From: an uncultured virus (IMG/VR IMGVR_UViG_3300025655_005747)
Taxonomy: Duplodnaviria; Heunggongvirae; Uroviricota; Caudoviricetes
Direction: 5' to 3' (one strand)
IMG/VR virus record: IMGVR_UViG_3300025655_005747
DNA: 64,000 nt
In this document: positions 57,377-64,000 of the stretch, piece by piece
Numbering within the stretch: position 1 is the stretch's first letter
Layout: the number at the start of each line of letters is the position of its first letter
Program-made: the position numbers and the translations under genes
Notes under the pieces: model-generated
Told to the model about the DNA's origin: nothing
The model's database searches: none
What the model saw: the letters and a program-made list of their open reading frames with translations, nothing else

Positions 57377-60267
57377 TGTCAGAATCATCAGATCCTAGAA
57401 AACAATATTGCTCCCTTGTCGATTTAAACACTGTCTCAGGCTCAAGCGAGAGAATAAGAAACACTCTCGGAGGATATTTTTATACAGATACAGATTCCCA
57501 CGGGCTACTGAATGTTCCTCCGTCATTTGAAAAAATGAATCCAATTAATAATATCCACCCAAGCATTCTTTTAGTAGAATCTATATTTGGCGATATTGTA
57601 CAAAGCCCGGAATCAGAAAGAGGATTTGGGGAAGGATATTCAGATTTTCGTAAAACACAAATACCATATACCACTTTTATATGCAGAATTGAGGGTGACC
57701 CAACATATGGAGATTTGAAAAACGTTTTAAAAGGTAACAAATACTGGAAGTCGTTGTTTGTCGGCGGAACTTATGGGGGACAGTATATTTCTGCAATGTT
57801 CAACACAGGGACGTATGATAACAACTATACTGTAATTAACCTTCCATACAATAACAAAAACAAAATACATCTAAAGAATTCGGAAGAGTTATATGATTTT
57901 GTTGGCGCAACTTATGACTACAATAGGTATTATGCAAATTACCAGAGTTTTGCCGCGTTAATAGATAGCGAAAGAAAACTACCAAATTGGTATGTTCTTG
58001 CAAATACCTCTCTTGCCGGCGGCGTGCCTTCGACTTTTGGAGGGGAAATTAACGAAGATTTCTCAAGAACGCTTGTGCAAAATCACAATTTAGATTACTA
58101 TACTTTCAACAAAAAGATAGGATTAATAGAACTTTATAGTCGCATGGCTACCATCCCAGCACTGTCTGAGGAACCAAGAATACCGGATCCGTGGACTGAG
58201 CAGATGGTGTCGTCTTCGTATTATATTAATTCTATGTTTCCAGCAAATTATAATATGATACCTGCTGCTGTTCGAAACGAACAAGATATGAGAAACATGA
58301 ACATTATTTTTCCTGCAAACGAAACCCGCACCTTCTTGGACCCCAGTTCAGACTACGCACAAACCTCTCATGCATTTCCATACTTTAATAAAATTACAGT
58401 GAGCACTGATCTAACAGAAACTTCTAATATGTTCAAACAAAAGATATTGGATAATAAAAGCGATACAATCTTTATGAAGATTTTAAAGAAGGCTTTTCTT
58501 GAGCAAACCGATAACGGTGTCCCAGTCAAAATGACGCAGTTTATGAAAACTTCAAAATATAAAGCACCATCTAATAATACAATGATGGATAGCGAAGTTA
58601 CATCAAACACAGCCGTAGCATACCGTACAGTGGATATGATTAAGATGCTCATGTACGGATATGAAAATGTGCTGGATGAATCCAATGACTTTCAGATAAT
58701 GGGTCTTAATGAGACAGATTTGCTCGCCGCGGTAGATACTCGCGGTATATATCGATCGGTCAATAGTAAAAAGTTATCAAGTTTAATTGTGGATATCTAT
58801 AAGACATTTGGTGATGATGATTCTGCAACAAAAATCGATAACATCACTTCACTTCTAAACTGTCAGTATGAAAATGTTTCTCGCGATCCAGATTCGATTG
58901 AAACACTGAGACCGGTCCCAGCTACAACTGAAGTAGTGGCTTATAGAGTAGAAAAACTAAATAGAACTCCGGGCGGCGATTCTGAAACAACTGGCGTAAT
59001 ACAAAATTTCTGGATGTTTCCAAATGCTTCGCAAGAAGAAATAATGCTTCTTGATAGCCAAGTGAAATACGATACCAACTATGAATATAAAATATACGCC
59101 TACTACGCCGTGAAGGGCTACAAATACAGGTACTCAGATTTGCAATTGACTAGAATTATAGGACAAGTTAGTGCAGATGGTTATGCTGGTCCTGCTGCCT
59201 TTGGTTCCGGAGAAGATGGCGCCCCAGTTGAGCCTCCCCTTGGGTACTGTTTAGAATATTACGATCCGTTTACAGACAATGCTATCCCTGATTATTTGAT
59301 ACCAGATGCTGCTACCTACAATATATCTACCGAGGTTGCCGAAAGAATTTCAAGTCTTTCTGGGGAAGCTCAAAGAATCGGCTTATCTTCTTTTGAGGGC
59401 GAGTCGGGAGAAACCTACCCCCCATACGTAGCCCAGTTTAACGTCACTTTGCAGCCATCAATAAACATAATCGAAGTACCACTGCTGAGCAAAATTTATA
59501 GAATATTAGATAATCCACCAAATAAATTAGATGTTGTACCGGCTTACACTTTAAACAACGACAACACAATAACTTTTGAGATTAATTATGAGACATTCAG
59601 TCCATATAAGTATCCCAGAGCAATTAGTGAAAATGATAAGATGGTGAAATCAGAATATATAAATGGGAACGATATTTCTAACACAACTCATATTCAAAAA
59701 GAAACAGTATCGTATCCAAGTGAAGTTGAAATTTACAGATTAGATACAAAGCCAAAATCATTTGAAGATTTTGCAGCTTCTACACCAAGAAGAGTATCTT
59801 TAAAAATAGAGGGAAGTGATTTCGCTTATACAACAGCTAATTTTAGTGATATTATTAAATCAAACCATAAGTATTACTACTTGTTTAGGGTTCTTAACGA
59901 TAACCGAGTACCGGGAAATGTTAATACAATAGTTGAAGCAGAATTGGTAAATGATGGTGGATACAAGTATTCATTGTTTGATGTGCTTTTTGAGGAAGAT
60001 CTGATAGAAGAAGAATTTACTTTTCCATCAACATCGTTCAAGAATATTTTCCAATTGGTGCCCAACATGTCCCAAGTCACGATAAACACAGACGAAGTGA
60101 ATTTCCAAGACACAGCTAAAAATCAATACGAGAATATTAAAGTTGGAGTTGCGGAAGATTTAATATGGGGTAAGACTTTTAAGATTCGTTTAACATCAAA
60201 GAAAACAGGCAAAAAAATTGATTTAAACATTACTTATAGTGACCCTGATATAAATTTAGAAGAATAA
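57376..60267 (+). CDS. Putative virion protein with FN3/Ig-like C-terminal motifs
   Basis: AYRVEK, LLDSQVKYDTNYEYKIYAY and FSDIIKSNHKYYYLFR resemble FN3 strands. Confidence 0.6.
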   Translation: MSESSDPRKQYCSLVDLNTVSGSSERIRNTLGGYFYTDTDSHGLLNVPPSFEKMNPINNIHPSILLVESIFGDIVQSPESERGFGEGYSDFRKTQIPYTTFICRIEGDPTYGDLKNVLKGNKYWKSLFVGGTYGGQYISAMFNTGTYDNNYTVINLPYNNKNKIHLKNSEELYDFVGATYDYNRYYANYQSFAALIDSERKLPNWYVLANTSLAGGVPSTFGGEINEDFSRTLVQNHNLDYYTFNKKIGLIELYSRMATIPALSEEPRIPDPWTEQMVSSSYYINSMFPANYNMIPAAVRNEQDMRNMNIIFPANETRTFLDPSSDYAQTSHAFPYFNKITVSTDLTETSNMFKQKILDNKSDTIFMKILKKAFLEQTDNGVPVKMTQFMKTSKYKAPSNNTMMDSEVTSNTAVAYRTVDMIKMLMYGYENVLDESNDFQIMGLNETDLLAAVDTRGIYRSVNSKKLSSLIVDIYKTFGDDDSATKIDNITSLLNCQYENVSRDPDSIETLRPVPATTEVVAYRVEKLNRTPGGDSETTGVIQNFWMFPNASQEEIMLLDSQVKYDTNYEYKIYAYYAVKGYKYRYSDLQLTRIIGQVSADGYAGPAAFGSGEDGAPVEPPLGYCLEYYDPFTDNAIPDYLIPDAATYNISTEVAERISSLSGEAQRIGLSSFEGESGETYPPYVAQFNVTLQPSINIIEVPLLSKIYRILDNPPNKLDVVPAYTLNNDNTITFEINYETFSPYKYPRAISENDKMVKSEYINGNDISNTTHIQKETVSYPSEVEIYRLDTKPKSFEDFAASTPRRVSLKIEGSDFAYTTANFSDIIKSNHKYYYLFRVLNDNRVPGNVNTIVEAELVNDGGYKYSLFDVLFEEDLIEEEFTFPSTSFKNIFQLVPNMSQVTINTDEVNFQDTAKNQYENIKVGVAEDLIWGKTFKIRLTSKKTGKKIDLNITYSDPDINLEE

Positions 60268-60277
60268 AAAAACCAAT

Positions 60278-60285
60278 ACTATTTA
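60278..60285 (+). promoter_or_regulatory. ACTAnTTA candidate phage promoter motif
   Basis: ACTATTTA in an intergenic gap, followed by GAGG and ATG 60303. Confidence 0.45.
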
Positions 60286-60302
60286 TTGAGAGAGGAAATT
60301 AA

Positions 60303-61328
60303 ATGGCATTTTTAGATAACTCTGGCGACATTATATTAGACGCCGTACTCACAGATGTGGGTAGAAAGAGAATGGCTGCTGGTAACTTCAGAATCACCAA
60401 GTTTACTCTCGGTGATGATGAGATTGACTACAGTCTGTATAACAAAGATCATCCATCTGGTTCCGCTTACTACGATCTGGAGATTTTGCAAACACCGGTC
60501 CTTGAAGCGTTTACCCAGCAAAATGCTGCAATTAATTATGGTCTTGTGTCTTATGCTAGACAAGACTTACTGTACATTCCCTCTGCTACAATTAACGAAA
60601 AAACCTTCAACCCAAGAATCGCATCTCGTTCTACAAGCAAGAACGTCTTCTTCTTGGCTGATAACACAAAAACAAACGCTTCCGGCGTACCAACAAGCAA
60701 AGTTATGACCGCTACAGACAGCGTTCCCGAAGCAAACATTTTGATTAGTTCGGACACTGCTGGTAGGTTTATTATGATTGAGACTGGAATTGATAGCACA
60801 GATCTTGCTGCCTCTTCAACAAACCAAGCAACATACATTACCTCTGTTGGTTTAATGGATAGTGGTTTCATGGTTAGGTTTGATAATAGATTTATTCAAA
60901 CTGTCTTGGGAGCAAACTCAGGCGGACAGTTTTCAAATGGTACTCAGCAAGGAGCAACCCTTCAGGTCTCACTTGGTGGCTCTGGAAACACAAGAAGATC
61001 TCCTTCACTGAAAAACTACAACGAAGCGACTATTGGAGCCGCAGTAAACAGAGTGTACTCTAACGTCGGCACAACCGGCACCACTGTAGATTCCAGTACT
61101 CAGTATTCAGCAGTTACAGGTCCACGCGGCGCCTTCACTGCACTAAACTTTTTGATTAGAGGCGATATTACCCAAACGGACTATGTTAAGTTTGGTACAA
61201 CTTCTAACGACCTTTTCGGCAGCGGACAATTGTATGACTTTATTGATACTACTGTCTATGTACAAGGACTTGCAAGTAACGCCAATATCCAGTTGCCTAT
61301 CAGAATTATCAAATTGGCTCAGACATAA
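60303..61328 (+). CDS. Virion structural protein (baseplate/tail-collar associated)
   Basis: MAFLDNSGDIILDAVLTDVGRKRMA.G.F.ITKF.LGDDEIDY N-terminus. Confidence 0.7.
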   Translation: MAFLDNSGDIILDAVLTDVGRKRMAAGNFRITKFTLGDDEIDYSLYNKDHPSGSAYYDLEILQTPVLEAFTQQNAAINYGLVSYARQDLLYIPSATINEKTFNPRIASRSTSKNVFFLADNTKTNASGVPTSKVMTATDSVPEANILISSDTAGRFIMIETGIDSTDLAASSTNQATYITSVGLMDSGFMVRFDNRFIQTVLGANSGGQFSNGTQQGATLQVSLGGSGNTRRSPSLKNYNEATIGAAVNRVYSNVGTTGTTVDSSTQYSAVTGPRGAFTALNFLIRGDITQTDYVKFGTTSNDLFGSGQLYDFIDTTVYVQGLASNANIQLPIRIIKLAQT

Positions 61329-61341
61329 ACGGAGAAAATGA

Positions 61342-62433
61342 ATGCCTGTTTCTTATGAACCCTTAAACGTAAACACAGATGTAACAACAACTAAGACGAT
61401 CCTTCATGAGGTCATCCCCTTAACAGGTACAATCATCAACAGTGGTACGTATAACAACGAAAACATCAAAAACTATACACACGGCATGTTCCAGTCTGTA
61501 TATGACTATCCATATTTAAGTTCTTCTGCAAACCATATCTTTGATATCACATGTGGATACGACGAAAGTTCAGCACTTTCGGCATCTACAAACGTGCAGA
61601 ACAGCAAGAAAATTAATATGTACAACCAGTTCTCTCAAGTTCTGCTTGGCTACACTGGTTCTGCTAACACGGTTAGATTGTTTGAGAATGACCTGAAGTT
61701 GGATCAAACAGGTTCGATGAAAAACGTCATGGTAGTTTCATTCTCGCGTTTGATTACCAAAGACCAAATCAAGAAAGGCACCTTCTCACTTCAATTAGGT
61801 ACCGGTCCCTGGGGCGACAGGCACTCTGAGACAGTCACTCTCCAAGATATCAGTGCATCAACAAACGGCGACGGCACCACAAACACAATCGGTGGCGACT
61901 ACGGTGTTCTTTATGCGACTTCCGGACTTGCTACTGGTTCTGTTCACGGTAACGCTCATGGTGTTATTTTCTATCAAGCAGGTATTGCAGTTATCTCTTC
62001 GTCAGTTTTTGATATGTCGGCATCTACTGGCTACGGTCAGTTCGCTTCTGGGGCTGCGACCGCATTTACGTCTTCTCTTGGTCCTGCTCTTGGTTGCTCC
62101 GCTTCGATCGCTACCGGTTCTATCTCAAGTTCCGCTGATGCACTGAGAGAAAGAGTTACAAACCTTACGTTCAACAACTCGACAGAGATAAATTCAACGA
62201 TCTATTTCTGTAGACTTCCAGTCAACAAGTTCAACTACAGCGCAAACCCAACATATCTTTCCGCTAGTAAACTTAGAGTCAAGAATGAGGCAGGAGACTT
62301 ACCTGTATCATATGTGACTACTGTTGGTCTCTACAACGCACGTAACGAACTTCTGGCGGTTGCTAAGTTGTCTGAGCCGCTCAAGAAGACCCCACAAAAC
62401 GAGTTGACGATCAGAGTAAGATTGGATTACTAA
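61342..62433 (+). CDS. Virion structural protein with a tail-collar-like C-terminus
   Basis: FNYSANPT...YVTTVGLYNARNELLAVAKLSEPLKK...IRVRLDY. Confidence 0.7.
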   Translation: MPVSYEPLNVNTDVTTTKTILHEVIPLTGTIINSGTYNNENIKNYTHGMFQSVYDYPYLSSSANHIFDITCGYDESSALSASTNVQNSKKINMYNQFSQVLLGYTGSANTVRLFENDLKLDQTGSMKNVMVVSFSRLITKDQIKKGTFSLQLGTGPWGDRHSETVTLQDISASTNGDGTTNTIGGDYGVLYATSGLATGSVHGNAHGVIFYQAGIAVISSSVFDMSASTGYGQFASGAATAFTSSLGPALGCSASIATGSISSSADALRERVTNLTFNNSTEINSTIYFCRLPVNKFNYSANPTYLSASKLRVKNEAGDLPVSYVTTVGLYNARNELLAVAKLSEPLKKTPQNELTIRVRLDY

Positions 62434-62435
62434 AA

Positions 62436-63764
62436 ATGTCTTTCCGTAAGTTTGGCCCAAATGATATTGTGCTGAACACAATGAGGGCATTTCCACAAGT
62501 ACGCTTTGACGTGTATAACTTCAAAGTATACTACAATAACACGCCGCATCAATCGGGTGCCTTCTCGGATAATATACTTGGTATGTCGTCAAGTTTACCG
62601 GGCGCCACTCGCTCAGGTACTGACGGCGGCATCAGTCTGCACGAATATAATATAGATCGCAAAGGAACAACTACGTTACAACCTGATGGAACATTGATAA
62701 CAACTGGACAAAACCCGCCGATAATTCCATATATCACAAAAGATTCTGCTCGTGCCTCATTCAAAACCGTTGGTAAAACAAGTTACAACAATGAATTTCG
62801 CTATGGAGACACGCTGTATTCAGATTATCCGCTGACTGCGTCTATAACGCGAGAGTTTATGTACCCTAACGCAGGTGCAAGAGAGTCTGTTTATAATACG
62901 TTTGATAGCGATAGAGAATTTTTAAGCGGTGGTGCTCCAGTATATCGTCATTTCTATGCACTCAAAAACAGACTTGATAGTTATGGTTACATGAGTCAGC
63001 ATTATGTTGTTTCTTCCTCTCTTGGTTGGAACAAGGCAGAACAAACAATCAACATGATCAGCATCCCATCTATATTCTATGGCTCAAGAATACAGGAAGG
63101 TTCCGTATCTCTTAGATATTATGTTAGCGGAACACTGCAAGCAGAGTTAAGAGACGCAAAAGAAAACGGAGAGTTGATACAGTACTCAGGAACTATGTCT
63201 TCTGCAAACGATGGAGACGTAGCGGGTGTGGTACTTTATAACGAAGGTATCATTCTTCTTACGGGTTCTTGGGAAATAAATGACCAAGAACTGCCGTTAA
63301 TTGATGGCGCCACCGGTGGAGATGTGGTAACTTCAAAGTGGATTTACTTCGGTGTCGGCGCTAATGATATTATTAAACCAAATGTGATCAACGCCGATTT
63401 TGCTTCAGCATCATTCGAGATATTGTTTAACGGACAGACCGAGACACAAGTTCAAACAATGTTTGCGCACGCAAGAAGAGGCGAAGTAAACTACTCAAAC
63501 AACCCAACGTTCTTACAGTATGGTCAGGATCAATTGTTTACAACAAGTTCAATGGTATACGAAGAGAACCCAAACAGAAAAATAAAGAACACGGTGTCTT
63601 CTAGTTTCGCGACATTCGATGCGCCTTTCAAAAGACAAGTATACATTTCCAGAGTCGGCATATACGACAAAGACAAAAACCTCATTGGAGTCGCAACGTT
63701 AGCCGATCCGATCTTAAAAGAAGAAGGTGATGATTACACCTTTAAGTTGAAGTTAGATATATGA
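62436..63764 (+). CDS. Virion structural protein, paralog of 61342..62433
   Basis: G.V.YNEGI, NYSNNPT...YISRVGIYDKDKNLIGVATLADPILK...FKLKLDI. Confidence 0.7.
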   Translation: MSFRKFGPNDIVLNTMRAFPQVRFDVYNFKVYYNNTPHQSGAFSDNILGMSSSLPGATRSGTDGGISLHEYNIDRKGTTTLQPDGTLITTGQNPPIIPYITKDSARASFKTVGKTSYNNEFRYGDTLYSDYPLTASITREFMYPNAGARESVYNTFDSDREFLSGGAPVYRHFYALKNRLDSYGYMSQHYVVSSSLGWNKAEQTINMISIPSIFYGSRIQEGSVSLRYYVSGTLQAELRDAKENGELIQYSGTMSSANDGDVAGVVLYNEGIILLTGSWEINDQELPLIDGATGGDVVTSKWIYFGVGANDIIKPNVINADFASASFEILFNGQTETQVQTMFAHARRGEVNYSNNPTFLQYGQDQLFTTSSMVYEENPNRKIKNTVSSSFATFDAPFKRQVYISRVGIYDKDKNLIGVATLADPILKEEGDDYTFKLKLDI

Positions 63765-64000
63765 AAATACCAATAATAATAGTTTCCCCAAAGTTCACAA
63801 AAGCAGTATCATGGGTTGTTGATGTAGCAGCCATAACACTGTTTCCATTTATTATCAGCAAAGAAGAGATGTCGGAAGACACTTTGCGACACGAAAGCAT
63901 ACATATTGCTCAACAAAAAGAGTTACTTGTGATATTCTTTTATTTGTTATATGGTTGGGACTACTTGAGAGGCTTCATGAAACACAAAGATAAAGAACTG
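63761..64000 (+). CDS. HExxH membrane-associated protein, 3'-truncated
   Basis: ATGA overlap; translates as MKIPII...AITLFPFII...LRHESIHIAQQKELLVIFFYLLY... and runs off the window. Confidence 0.7.
   Translation, partial: MKIPIIIVSPKFTKAVSWVVDVAAITLFPFIISKEEMSEDTLRHESIHIAQQKELLVIFFYLLYGWDYLRGFMKHKDKEL

Noticed and set aside
289..62764. Numerous minus-strand and alternate-frame ORFs of 60-157 aa in the ORF track
   Set aside because: Nearly all lie within longer + strand genes that have recognisable motifs or RBSs. They show no motifs of their own and look like shadow ORFs.
27342..63764. Bacterial eCIS/T6SS/tailocin locus or eukaryotic giant virus
   Set aside because: The surrounding genes (gp55-like sigma, PhoH, Cas4-like nuclease, small hypotheticals), single-strand dense packing and SD sites fit a bacteriophage. 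No host housekeeping genes or NCLDV core genes were seen.
40282..63764. Diversity-generating retroelement or DNA tandem repeats in the tail genes
   Set aside because: No reverse transcriptase and no near-identical nucleotide repeat pairs were noticed by eye. A self dot-plot would be needed to exclude them fully.
1..64000. Alternative genetic code (stop-codon reassignment, as in some large phages)
   Set aside because: Genes are full length under the standard code, and TAA, TAG and TGA all terminate recognisable proteins at expected positions.

Overview
The window is a 64 kb piece of a large tailed (myovirus-like, probably jumbo) bacteriophage genome. It has about 58 densely packed genes, all on the + strand, using the standard code, with Shine-Dalgarno sites and many ATGA/TAATG overlaps. 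There are three blocks. (1) 1-6.9 kb holds accessory and nucleic-acid genes: a eukaryote-type phosphomannomutase, a HIGH-motif nucleotidyltransferase, an HNH nuclease, PIN-PhoH, an HExxH protein and a Cas4-like nuclease. (2) 6.9-25.4 kb is a 20-gene glycan cluster. It encodes about 8 glycosyltransferase-like proteins (including GT29 sialyltransferase-like and Maf-like proteins), a split TPP enzyme pair, RfbH, RmlB, a CMP-sugar synthetase-cupin fusion, an SDR, a dehydroquinate-synthase-like cyclase, a class III aminotransferase, a GmhA-like SIS protein, Fcl and Gmd. (3) 25.3-64 kb holds a gp55-like sigma factor and a baseplate/tail module (hub-lysin, spike, gp25, gp6, a 3259-aa gp7-like LamG protein and other very large virion proteins). 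The most notable unexplained signal is a strong enrichment of a [S/T]-[G/A/S]-S tripeptide in a subset of the virion proteins. Next to the glycan cluster, this suggests a phage-encoded, sequon-directed virion glycosylation system with unusual sugars. Other signals are a recurring ACTAnTTA promoter-like motif, a pseudoknot-rich intergenic element and an apparently split tail-collar domain. All product calls come from motif recognition by eye; no database searches were run.
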